A stretch of 64,000 bases of DNA, taken from assembly GCF_009914755.1 (NCBI RefSeq), contig NC_060926.1; one strand, 5' to 3'. This document shows positions 43,597 to 57,970 of the stretch, in pieces. Under the pieces are notes generated by a model, which saw only the letters and a program-made list of their open reading frames with translations, had not been told where the DNA came from and ran no database searches. Source of the stretch: the human T2T-CHM13v2.0 reference genome, Homo sapiens. Made by a program: the position numbers and the translations under genes. Positions within the stretch are counted from its first letter, which is position 1; each line of letters begins with the position of its first letter.

Positions 43597-43885
43597 ATTT
43601 TTTTTTATTTTTTTATTTTTTGAGACAGTCTCCCAGGCTGGAGTACAGTGGCACAATCATGGCTCAGTGCAGTCTTGACCTCCTGGGCTCAGGCAATCCC
43701 CAAACCTCAGCCTCCCAAATAGCTGGGACTACAGGTTTGTGTCACCATTCCCAGCTAATTTGTTAATATTTGATAGAGTTTGAGTCTCAACTTCAGGCTG
43801 GTCTCAACTTCAAGGCCTCAAGCGATCGTCCCACCTCAGCCTCTCTAATTGTTGGATTTACAGGCATGAGCCACTGCACCCACCA
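43597..43885 (-). mobile_element. AluJ
   Basis: Reverse Alu with poly(T). Confidence 0.9.
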
Positions 43886-44187
43886 GACACCAGTTTTCTT
43901 AATCTATACCTTGTGAACAAACTTCCTGAAACTAGAATGAACTTGTACACTTTCTGGTATACTCATTAACATTTTTGTTTTTTCTACTTTATATTATAGC
44001 ATGTATTTCATTCTGACTCTTTTTACCACTCATTGCAAAATACAAATTCTGCCTTTGTGATCAAATATTAAGCAAGTTAACAAAAAGTATTCCGTCTGCC
44101 ATCAGGTGGAGGCACGAGGATTCCAAATAGAGAAGCACATTCCTGGAGACCTCCAACCTCCTACCCCTATCCCAGGAACGGGGGAAT

Positions 44188-44330
44188 AAATTAGGCAGGA
44201 TCATACACTGTATGTTGTTGTTGTTGTTGTTGGAAGAAATTAGCCAGGATCACACAATGTATGTTGTTGTTGTTGTTGTTGGAAGAAATTAGGCAGGATC
44301 ATACAATGTATGCTGTTGTTGTTGTTGTTG
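44188..44330. repeat. 49-bp minisatellite, about 3 copies, each containing (GTT)n
   Basis: ttag(g/c)caggatca starts at 44191, 44240 and 44289. Confidence 0.95.
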
Positions 44331-44419
44331 CTACTGCTGCTGCTGTTTTAATATCACTTCCCCCATGCCCTATATCCATCAAGATTTTGATGCCTCAGAG
44401 AGAACCCCTGGTGTAATTA

Positions 44420-44610
44420 AAACAAAATGGACTCTGGTCCATTCTAACTTTCCAACCTTCAATAAATTACTTTAGCTCCTAGAGCTTCAGCATGTTCACC
44501 TGTAAAAGAGAAAGAATAATATTTGCCTTATAGGTTTATCTAAACATTAAATTAGCAAACATAGGCACATATGTAAATACAGGTAAAACACCTGGAACAG
44601 TACCATGGAG
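44420..44610 (+). mobile_element. MIR
   Basis: gagcttcagcatgttcacctgtaaaagagaaagaataatatttgcc. Confidence 0.55.
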
Positions 44611-46887
44611 CTGACTCAAATAAGGTTCACTTCCCCTTAATCAAACTGCTGAAGTGTCTAAGACAGTATAAGCTGATAAATAAAACAGGGTCTGTCCCAT
44701 TAAATAACTTAAAGTTTTCTGAGAATAAAAATAAACTTTAAACAAGTAATCACACTAATAAATTTTGCATAAGATATTGCAATATGTACTATGAAGTAAA
44801 AGTTAACAGTGTTATGAAGTAGAGCAGGGATCTGACTTAGATTGCTGAGGATCAAGAAAGCTCCCTTTGGAAACATATTTAAGGTAAAATCTTTAAAATA
44901 AATAGGAGAGTAGGACAACGAAAATAAAAACGATCCAGATGGGAAAAAAAAAGAGCATGCGTGAAGGTCCAAAGACAGGCAAAACATTGGTAGCTTAAAA
45001 AAAGAAAGAAGAAAAGAAGAAGGCAGTGGTTGCAGCAAACTGAGCAAGTAGGAGAAAGACTCAAGAAGAGACTAGTAAGATACAGGCAGCTTTCATGTTG
45101 AGAAACTACAGCCCATGACTTAAAGCCAATCTATAGCCTGTATTTGTACAATCCTAGTGCTAAAAATGTTTTTTACATTTTGTAAGAGCTGTAAAAAATG
45201 CTAATGAAAAAACAGACTTTCATTTCAAGAAGACAGAATAGATGCACTTTTCCTCCTCTTCCCGCTAAGTACAACTAAAATACTGCAGCCCCATCATTAC
45301 CCCACCAAAAACCAAGTAGGAAGCCAAGACTTCCAATGCCTCCAGGCTATAATTTGGTGCTCCAACACATCCCCACCTTAGGGATGGTGTCAGAAAGGGC
45401 AGAGTGGGGAGCTTGGATTTTACACACCAACAGAAAGTAACAAAGAAATCTTACATGGTGTCAACAGACATGTGATAGAATGGTAAGCAGAAATAGACAA
45501 ATCCACACTTATAAATGGGGACTTCAGCACCTCCACCTCAACAACTGGTAGAACAATTAGGAAATCAACAAAGATATAGAAGAATTCACCAGTACCATCA
45601 AGCAACAAGATCTAAATGACATTCATAGAATAAGGTTCAAAAAAGGTTCACATCTCCTTAATCAAACTGCTGAAGTTTCAAACTTGTGCTGTCCTTATAA
45701 CAACAGAAAAATACCCATTCTTTACAAGTATCAACAGAACATATAAAAAGATAGACCATATTATGGGCCACAAAACACATCTCAACAAATTTAAACAAAT
45801 AGAAATCATAGGGTGTGATCTCTGAAAATAATGAATCTCCTACATGCTTGGAAACAAAAAAAAAAACTTCTAAATAATATATGGGTCAAGAAAACATCTC
45901 AAAAAAAGTAAAAATACATAGAACTGAATGAAAGTGAAAATAAACCAAACCAAAATTAGTAGGATATAGCTAATGCAAGGAGGAAATTTCTAGCACTACA
46001 TGTATATACATTAGAAAACAGGAAAAGTCTCAAATCAATAATCTAAGCTTCTACCTCAAAAAACTAGAAAGAGAAAAGCAAAGTAATTCTAAAATACACA
46101 GAAGGAAGAAAATCATAAGGACAAAAACACAAATCAATTAAATTGAGAACAGGAAAATGTTAGAGAAAATCAATGAAACAAAAAGGTGGTTCTTTGAAAA
46201 TATTAGTAAAATTGACAAACTTCAAACAAGACTGACAATGAAAAAAAGAGAAAAAATACAAATCAGGAATGAAACAATGGCTATCACCATGGGCTGTGCA
46301 GACATGAAAGGAATAATAAGGGAATGCTATGGTAGAAAAGACTCTACACATATAAATTTGACAAAGTAGATGAAATAGACCAATTCCTCAAAAACTACAA
46401 AGTACCACACCTTCCCCCAATATTAAATAGATAATTTGAATAGTCCTATAACTGGGAAGGAAATTGGATTTACTGAAAAATCTCCCCTTAAAAAATCTCC
46501 AGGTGCATATGGTTTCAATAGAGAATTCCACCAAACATTTTAAGAAGAATTAACACCAATTCTACACAATCTTTTCCAGAAAGCAGAAGAGGAAGGAATA
46601 CCTCTCCAACTCATTTTATGAAGCACTGATGTCAAAACCAGACAAAGACAGTACTAAAATAGAAAACTACAAACCAATATCCTTCATGCATTTAGATAAA
46701 AATACCTTAGCAAAATACAAGTAAACAGAATTCAGCAATTTACAAAAGGAATTATACACCATGACCAAGTAGGGTTTATTCCAGGAATGGAAGGTTGCTT
46801 GACTATTTGAAAAATAAATTAATGTGATACATCATATTAACAGACTAAAGATACAACAGAAGAAAGGAAATCTAAAGAAGAAAAATG

Positions 46888-47140
46888 AGGCCAAGGCAGT
46901 AGGATTACTTGAGGCCAGAAGTTCAAGAAAAGCCTAAGCAACATAGGCTTAGGCTATAAGAAACAAAAAATTTCTTTAAAAAATTAGTCAGGTGCAGTGT
47001 CATGCATCTGCAGTTCCAGCTACTCAGGAGGCTGAGGCAGGAGGATGGCTTGACCTCAGGAGTTTGAGGCTGTAATGAGCTATCATCATGCCACTGCATT
47101 ACAGCTAGGTGACAGTGAAACCATGTATTAAATATCTTTT
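46888..47140 (+). mobile_element. 5'-truncated AluJ
   Basis: gaggccaaggcagtaggattacttgaggcc...gaggctgtaatgagctat. Confidence 0.85.
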
Positions 47141-47144
47141 AAAA

Positions 47145-47486
47145 ATAAAGAAGACAAGAAGAGGAAGAGGAAGAAAAAAAGGGAAGGAAAAATGGAGGGA
47201 AGAAGGCAGGGAGGGAGGCAGGGAGGGAGGGAGGGAAGGAGGGAAGGAAGGAAGGAAGGAAGGAAGGAAGGAAGGAAGGAAGCAAGGAAGGGAGGGAAGA
47301 TGAAGAAGAAGGAGAGGGAGGACGAGAAGAGGAGGGAGGAGGAAGAAGGAAGAAGAAGGAGGAGGAGGAAGAAAAAGATGAAGGAGGAGAAGGAGGAGGA
47401 GGAGGAGGAGAGAAAGAAGGAAGAAGAAGAAGAGGCAGCGGCGGCAGCAGCCACAGTGCTAGAGAAAGAGGAAGAGGAAGAAAAAG
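47145..47486. repeat. Polypurine low-complexity tract (GGAA/GAG/GAA)
   Basis: About 340 bp, almost all G/A, following the Alu. Confidence 0.95.
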
Positions 47487-48145
47487 CACCATATGATCAA
47501 ATCAATTGATGCAGAAAAAAATGTTGACAAAATCCAACATCCATTCATGATACAAATTCTCAGAATACTAGAAATAGAGATGAATTTCCTTAACTTGATA
47601 AAATCTACAAAAACTTCATAGTAAATGGTTAAAGGCTGAATATTTTCCACCTAAGACAGGGAACAAAAAGATATGCATTCTAACCACTGCTATTCAATAT
47701 AGTACGTACAATTCTAGCCACTGCAATGAGGCCAAAAAAAAGAAAAAGCACACATATCAGAAAAGAAAAAATAAAACTGTCTCTATTTACAAATGATATG
47801 ATAACCTATGTAGATTATTCCAAGCAATCTACAAAAAAAAAAACTACTAGAACGAATAAATAAGTTCAGCAAAGTCACAGCATATAACATCGATAGCAAA
47901 AGACCAATTTCATTTGAACATGATACCAATGAGCATGTGGACACTGAAATTAAAAATACAATACCACTTATAAAAATTGTTAAAACAAAAAGATATACAA
48001 AGGTATAAACCTAACAAGTTATGTACAGAATGGACATGCTAAAAACAACAAAACACTGATGAAAGAAGTCAAAAACCAAAATGAAAAAAACATTGCATTC
48101 ATGAATTGCGAGATTAAATATAGTAATAAATATGTCAATTCCAAA

Positions 48146-48390
48146 AAACGCCAAAAGCAATTGCAACAAAAGCAAAAATTGACAAATGGGATCTAATTAA
48201 ACTAAACAGCTTCTGTACAAAAAGAAACTATCATCAGAGAGAAGAGACAACCTACAGAATGGGACAAAATTTTTGCAAACTATCCACCAATGAAGGTCAA
48301 ATATACAGCATTTATGAGGAACTTAAACAAATTTACAAGAAAAAAACAAACAACTCCATTTAAAAGTGGGCAAAGGACATGAACAGAACC
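48146..48390 (+). mobile_element. L1P ORF2 fragment
   Basis: aaaagcaaaaattgacaaatgggatctaattaaact...gggcaaaggacatgaacag. Confidence 0.85.
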
Positions 48391-48411
48391 TATCCAAAGG
48401 TCTCATAGTCT

Positions 48412-48709
48412 GGCCAGGTGCAGTGGCTCGCACCTGTAATCCCAGCACTTTGGGAGGCAGAGGTGGGCAGATCACTTGAGGTCAGGAGTTTGAAACCAGC
48501 CTGGCCAACATGGCAAAACCCTGTATCTACAAAAAATTACAAAAATTAGCCAGGCATGGTGGCACTCGCCTTTAGTCCCAGCTACTGGGGAGGCTGAGGC
48601 ATGAGGATAGCTTGAGCCCAGGAGGTGGAGGTTGCAGTCAGCCAAGATCACACCACTGCAGTACAGCCTGGGTGACACAGCAAGACTCTGTCTCAAAAAA
48701 AAAAAAAAA
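48412..48709 (+). mobile_element. Alu (S or J)
   Basis: Full Alu with poly(A); no TSD visible. Confidence 0.92.
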
Positions 48710-48710
48710 C

Positions 48711-49277
48711 TGAAACCAAATGATAATGGAAATATAACATACCAAAACCTCTGGGATACAGCGAAAGTAGTACTAAGCAGAAAGTTTAGAGCAAAAGTAG
48801 TATATCAAAAAAGCAGGAAAACTTCCAACAAAAAAATCTAACCATGCATCTTAACCAGAAAAACAAGAGTGAATAAAACTCAAAATCAGTAGAAAATAAA
48901 AAATAAAAATCAAATCAAAGCAGAAATAAATGAACTTGAAACAAAGAAAACAATACAAACAATCAGTGAAAGGAAAACTTGGTTTTCTGAAAAGATAAAA
49001 TCAACAAATCTTTAGCCTGACTAAGAAAAACAGAGAGAAGGTCCAAACAGATAAAATCAGAGAAGAAAAAGGAGACATTACAACCATTACGGCAGAAATT
49101 CAAAGGATCACTAGAGGCTACTATGAGCAACTATATGCTGATAAATTGGGAAAACTTAAAAGACATGGATACATTCCTAGATGCAAACAACTTACTAGGG
49201 TTGAACAATGAAGAAATCTAAAACCTGAACAGACCAGTAACAAGTAATGAGATGGAAGCTGTAATAAAAAGTGTCCT
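48711..49277 (+). mobile_element. L1MA-type ORF2 fragment
   Basis: aaatgataatggaaatataacataccaaaacctctgggatacagc...aacctgaacagaccagtaacaagtaatgag. Confidence 0.8.
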
Positions 49278-51991
49278 GGAGGGGAGTGCAGGATGGCCGA
49301 CTAGATGCAACAAGGTGGCACAGCTCCTACCGAGGGACAAGACAACTGGTATAATCCAAACAGATCTTCTGAGAGAAGGTACCGAGAGTGAACAGAGGGA
49401 AAGACACAGAAGCTAGGCTGGAGGGACAGAAAGCTGGGAACCCTACATGAGGCTGCAGCATACCCGGACTCGTTCCTGGCCCACAATAGCCCCAGGAGAA
49501 TGGGTGAGTTGAACTGGCAAGGAGCAACCTGTTCTCATCATGGGTCTCTGGAACCCCGGCAGGAGGAGATGCCTCAACCACCACAGACACTCGAGTTGGC
49601 AGCGAGAGCTGCTTAGAGAAGTGGTAGGGGCAGCAAGCCAGCTCATGTGGAGCCTAGAGGGTTTGGTGCAAGAGTGTCTGTAGTGGAGCATGGCCAAGAA
49701 TAGCCATCCCCCTAGGCTCAACGTGCTTCCATAGGAGACTTTAGCCCTAGGGGTCCTGAACTCTGCAGGGTTGTCTTGCCCATCAGACAGGGCCAGACCA
49801 ACATGAGCACCCCTTGGTCAGCTGCCCTCTTCCAGCCTGGCCACGCCTCCTTGCAGGGCAACCTCAGGTGCCCTGGGGGCATGTACCATAGCTTCTACAC
49901 TGGCAGACAGTGCCTTACCAGGGAAGAGCTTGAGTAGGGCAGCCCCTGTGACCATGCACTATCTCACAGTCTCCCTCCCCATACTGCAGCTTCCTCTGGG
50001 CCCACAGCAGCTCCCCACATTGCTTTGCTGGTGGTGTCTGCACAGGCGGGTTTTGCTTTCCTTGCCACAACAGCACACCTGAGTACAGTGTTCCCCCTGC
50101 CAACCAGGTTTCAGATGGAGTCTTGGCAGACAGAGTGAGACAGCCCTGACCCCACTAGTGCCCCATCCTTACACTAACACTGCGAAGAGAATGGCACATC
50201 CTTCCCTATGCTGGGTGACCACTCCTGCTTCCTGGGCACAGAGAAGGCACCCAGAAATGCACCTGCCAGCACCCTGCCCCTGATCCAACACCACCTCCGG
50301 CATGACTGCACAAAGTTGCCATCAAGGGCCCCGTACACCCCCAAACTGCATTGCCTCTGCCACTGTGGTGAATGCCGGCATGGAGGCAGACACCCTGGCA
50401 CCCACTAGCAGTTTGCCACAGCTTCCACTACTGCTGCTGCTGCCATCCATGTGCAAACAAGGACAAATCCCACTGTCACTGCACTACCAAACGTTATGGT
50501 TGACACCACTTATCACAGTGTAGTGACCAGCAGTCTGGGAGCACATAAGGACCCCTTACCAACACAGTGGATTCCTAACCTTGAGAAGCCAGAGAAAAAA
50601 GTTAGAGCCCAATACAAGTCCCCCAGAATTAGAGTACATAGTCCAGGAGTTGGGAGCTAAGTGTTGGCCCCCTAAAATCTTCCAGAAACAAAGCCAGTCG
50701 GCTGAATCCACCTTATACCACAATCGTATTCTCAAAGTCATCAATAGATTAAAGGAAAAAAACCTATCCAAAGGTCAGCAAGCTCAAGGATTAAAGGAAG
50801 ATAAGCCAACAAGGATGAGAAAGAATCAGCACAAGAGGCCTGACAACTCAAAAAGCCAGCGTGCTTTCTTTCCTCCAAACAATGGCACCACCTCTCAAGC
50901 GAGGGTTCTGATCGGGGCTGAGATGGCTGAAATGACAAAAACAGAATTCAGAATATGGATAGGAATGAAGATCATTGAGCTACAGGAGTATGTTGAAATT
51001 CAATCTAAGGAAGCTAAAAATCATGGAAAAAAGAATGCAGGAGCCAAGAGACAAAACAGCCAGTATAGAAAAGATGGTAACTGAACTCATAGAGCTGAAA
51101 AACACACTATAAGAATTTCACAATGCAATCACAATTATTAATATCAAAATGAACTAAGCAGAGGAAAGAATCTCAGAGCTTGAAGATTGGCTTTCTGAAA
51201 TAAGACAGACAAGAATAGAGAAAAAAGAATGAAAAGGAATAAACAAAACCTCTAAGAAATACGGGATTATGTAAAGAGACCAAATCTACAACTCTTTGGT
51301 GTCCTGAAAGAGATAGGGAGAAAGGAACCAACTCAGAAAACGTATTTCAGGATACATCCATGAGAACGTCCCCAACCTAGCTGGAGAGGCCAGCATTCAA
51401 ATTCAGGAAATGCAGAGAACCTCAGTAAGACACTTCACAAGAAGATCATGCCCAAGACACATAATCATCAGATTCTCCAAGGTTGAAATGAAAGAAAAAA
51501 TAAAGGCAGCTGGAGAGAAAAGGTCACCTACAAAGGGAAGCCTATCAGACTAACAGCACACATCTCAGCAGAAACCATATAAGCCAGAAGAGATTCTTCT
51601 TAAAGAATGTTGAATATTGGCCCCCAATATTGAATGTTGAATGCAATGACACACTCAGGCTCAAAATAAAGGGATGGAGAAAAATCTACCAAGCAAATAG
51701 AAAACAAAAAAGCAGGGGTTACAAACCTAGTTTCAGACAAAACAGACTTTAAACCAACAAAGATCAAAAAAGACAAAGAAGGACATTACATAATGGCAAA
51801 GATTTCAACTCAAGGAGAAGATCTAACTCTCCTAAATATATATGCACCCAACACAGGATTAGCCAGATTCATAAAGCAAGTGCTTAAAGGCCTTCAAAGA
51901 CACTTAGATTCCCACACAATAATAGTGGAAGACTTTAACATCCCGCTGACAATATTTGACAGATTATCAAGACAGAAAATTAGCAAAGACA
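49278..51991 (+). mobile_element. L1PA (about PA8A-13): 5' UTR, ORF1 and start of ORF2
   Basis: Starts gcaggatggccgactagatgca. ORF1-like peptide AEMAEMTKTEFRIWIGMKIIELQE and EN peptide LNIYAPNTG. Disrupted. Confidence 0.85.
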
Positions 51992-52004
51992 GGAAGTCTG
52001 TTCC

Positions 52005-52013
52005 AAGATGGCC
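52005..52013 (+). promoter_or_regulatory. L1 5' UTR YY1 site
   Basis: AAGATGGCC at the 5' end of the element. Confidence 0.7.
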
Positions 52014-52923
52014 GAATAGGAGCAGCTCCAGTCTGCAGCTCCGAGCGTGATCAACAGAGAAGACGGTGATTTTTGCATTTCCAACTGAGGTACCTGGTTC
52101 ATCTAATTGGGACTGGTTGGACAGTGGGTGCAGCTCAGAGAGGGCGAGCTGAAGCAGGGCGGGGCATCGCCTCACCTGGGGCACAAGGGGTCAGGGGATT
52201 TCCCTTTCCTAGCCAAGGGAAGCCGTGACAGACTGTACCTGGAAAATCAGGCCACTCCCACCCAAATACTGTGCTTTTCCAACAGTCTTAGCAAACGGCA
52301 CACCAGGAGATTTTATCCCACGCCTGGATTGGTGGGTCCCCCACCCACGAAGCCTTGCTCACTGCTAGTGCAGCAGTCTGAGATCAACCTCCAAGGCAGC
52401 AACCTGGCAACGGGAGGGGTATCCACCATTGCTGAGGCTTGAGTAGGTAAACAAAGCAGCCAGGGAAGCTCAAACTGGGCAGAGCCCACTGCAGCTCTGC
52501 AAGGCTTGCTGTGTGTATAGACCCCACCTCTGGGAGCAGGGCATAGCTGAACAAAAGGCAGCAGAAACTTCTGCAGACTTAAACGTCCCTCTCTGACAGC
52601 TCTAAAGAGAGCTGTGTTCTCTAAGCACAGTGTCTGAGCCCTGAGAACAGACAGACTGCCTCCTCAAGTGGGTCCCTGACCCCTGTGTAGCCTAACTGGG
52701 AGACACCTCCCAGTAGCGGCTGACTGACACCTCATACAGGAGGGTACCCCTCTGGGACGAAGATTCCAGAGGAAGGATCAGGCAGCAATATTTGCTGTTC
52801 TGCAGTATTTGCTGCTCTGCAGCCTCCGCTGGTGATACCCAGGCAAAAAGGGTCCGGAGTGGACCTCCAGCAAACTCTAACAAACCTGCAGCTGAGGGTC
52901 CTGACTGTTAGAAGGAAAACTAA

Positions 52924-54744
<1,821 letters not shown>

Positions 54745-57460
54745 AGAAATGAGAGCAGAAAAGCTGAAAATTCAAAAAAACAGAGCGCCTCTTCTCCTCC
54801 AAAGGATCACAGTTCCTTGCCAGCAACAGAACAAAGCTGGATGGAGAATGACTTTGACAAGCTGACAGAAGTAGACTTCAGAAGGTCGGTAATAACAAAC
54901 TTCAAGCTAAAGAAGGATGTTCAAACCCATCACAAGGAAGCTGAAAACCTTGAAAAAAGGTTAGACGAATGGCTAACAAGAATAAACAGTGTAGAGAAAA
55001 CCTTAAATGAACTGATGGAGCTGAAAACCATGGCACGAGAACTACGTGACACATCTACAAACCTCAATAGCCAATTCAATCAAGTGGAAGAAAGGGTATC
55101 AGTGATTGAAGATCAAATTAATGAAATGAAGCAAGAAGATAAGTTTAGAGAAAAAACAGCAAAAAGAAATGAACAAAGCCTCCAAGAAATATGGGACTAT
55201 GTGAAAAGACCAAATCCACGTTTGATTGGTGTACCTGAAAATGATGGGAAGAATGGAACCAAGTTGGAAAACACTCTGCAGGATATTATCCAGGAGAACC
55301 TAGCAAGGCAGGCCAACATTCAAATTCAGAAAATACAGAGAACACCACAAAGATACTCCTTGAGAAGAGCAACCCCAAGACACATAATTGTCAGATTCAC
55401 CAAAGTTGAAATGAAGGAAAAAATGTTAACGGCAACCAGAGAGAAAGGTCAGGTTACCCACAAAGGGAAGCCCATCAGACTAACAACGGATCTCTCGACA
55501 GAAACTCTATAAGCCAGAAGAGAGTGGGGGCCAATAGTCAGCATTCTTAAAGAAAATAATTTTCAACCCAGAATTTCATATTCAGCTAAACTAAGCTTCA
55601 TAAGTGAAGGAGAAATAAAATCCTTTACAGACAAGCAAATGCTGAGAGATTTTGTCACCACCTGGCCTGCCTGATAAGAGCTCCTGAAGGAAGCACTAAA
55701 CATGGAAAGGAACGACCGGTACCAGTCACTGCAAAAACATGCCAAATTGTAAAGAACATCGATGCTAGGAAGAAACTCCATCAACTAATGGGCAAAATAA
55801 CCAGCTAACATCATAATGACAGGATCAAATTCACACATAACAATATTAACCTTAAATGTAAATGGGCTAAATGCCCCACTTAAAAGACACAGACTGGCAA
55901 ATTGGATAGAGTCAAGATCCATCAGTGTGCTGTATTCAGGAGACCCATTTCACGTGCAGAGACACACACAGGCTCAAAACAAAAGGATGGAGAAAGATTT
56001 ACCAAGCAAATGGAAAGCAAGAAAAAAAAGTGGGGGTTGCAATCCTAGTCTCCAATAAAACAGACTTTAAACCAACAAAGATCAAAAGAGACAAAGAAGG
56101 CCATTACCTAATGGCAAAAAGATCAATTCAACAAGAAGAACTAACCATGCTAAATATATATGCACCCAATACAGGAGCACCCAGATTCATAAAGCAAGTC
56201 CTTAGAGACCTACAAAGAGACTTAGACTCCCACACAATAATAATGGGAGACTTTAACACCCCACTGTCAATATTAGACAGATAAATGAGACAGAAGGTTA
56301 ACAAGGATATCCAGGAATTGAACTCAGCTCTGCACCAAGCAGACCTAATAGACACCTACAGAACTCTCCACCCCAAATGAGCAGAATATACATTCATCTC
56401 AGCACCACATAGCATTTATTCCAAAATTGACCACACAGTTGGAACTAAAGCACTCCTCAGCAAATATAAAAGAACAGAAATCACAAAAAAACTGTCTTTC
56501 AGACCACAGCGCAATCAAATTACAACTCAGAATTAAGAAACTCACTCAAAACCGCACAACTACATGGAAACTGAACAACCTGCTCCTGAATGACTACTGG
56601 GTAAATAAAAAAATGGAGGCAGAAATAAAGATGTTCTTTGAAACCAATGAGAACAAAGACACAACGTACCAGAATCTCTGGGACACATTTAAAGCAGTGT
56701 GTAGAGGGAAATTTATAGCACTAAATGCCCACAAAAGAAAGCAGGAAAGATCTAAAATCAACACCCTAACATCACAATTAAAAGAACTAGAGAAGCAAGA
56801 GTAAACAATCTGAAAAGCTAGCAGAAGGCAACAAATAACTAAGATCAGAGCAGAACTGAAGGAGATAGAGACACAAAAAACCCTTCAAAAAAATCAGTGA
56901 ATCCAGGAGCTGGTTTTTTGAAAAGATCAACAAAATTGATAGACCATTAGCAAGACAAATAAAGAAGAAAAGAGAGAAGAATCAAATAGACGCAATAAAA
57001 AATGATAAAGGGGATACCACCACAGATCCTACAGAAATACAAACTACCATCAGAGAATACTATAAACACCTCTACGCAGATAAACTAGAAAATCTAGAAG
57101 AAATGGATAAATTCCTCGACACATACACACTCCCAAGACTAAACCAGGAAGAAGTTGAATCTCTGAATAGACCAATAACAGGCTCTGAAATTGAGGCAAT
57201 AATTAATAGCCTACCAACCAAAAAAAGTCCAGGACCAGACAGATTCACAGCTGGGTTCTACCAGAGGTACAAAGAGGAGATGGTACCATCTCCTCTTTCC
57301 TTCTGAAACTATTCCAACCAATAAAAAAAGAGGGAATCCTTACTAACTCATTTTATGAGGCCAGCATCATCCTGATACCAAAGCCTGGCAGAGACACAAC
57401 AAAAAAAGAGAATTTTAGACCAATATCCCTGATGAACATCGATGCGAAAATCCTCAATAA

Positions 57461-57970
<510 letters not shown>

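Larger units (their letters stand above)
45205..48140 (+). mobile_element. Old L1MC/MD-type element (5' piece plus ORF2), resuming at about 60485-61790
   Basis: Degenerate ORF2 (KINETKRWFFENISKIDK). The homology breaks at about 48140 and continues collinearly after 60485. Confidence 0.8.

Noticed and set aside
44188-44330. CRISPR-like repeat-spacer appearance
   Set aside because: The spacers are the same (GTT)n tract, there are no cas genes, and the DNA is primate. It is a minisatellite.
47109-47509. Glu/Arg-rich and Ser/Pro/Phe-rich ORFs
   Set aside because: Stop-free only because the sequence is a low-complexity polypurine tract.
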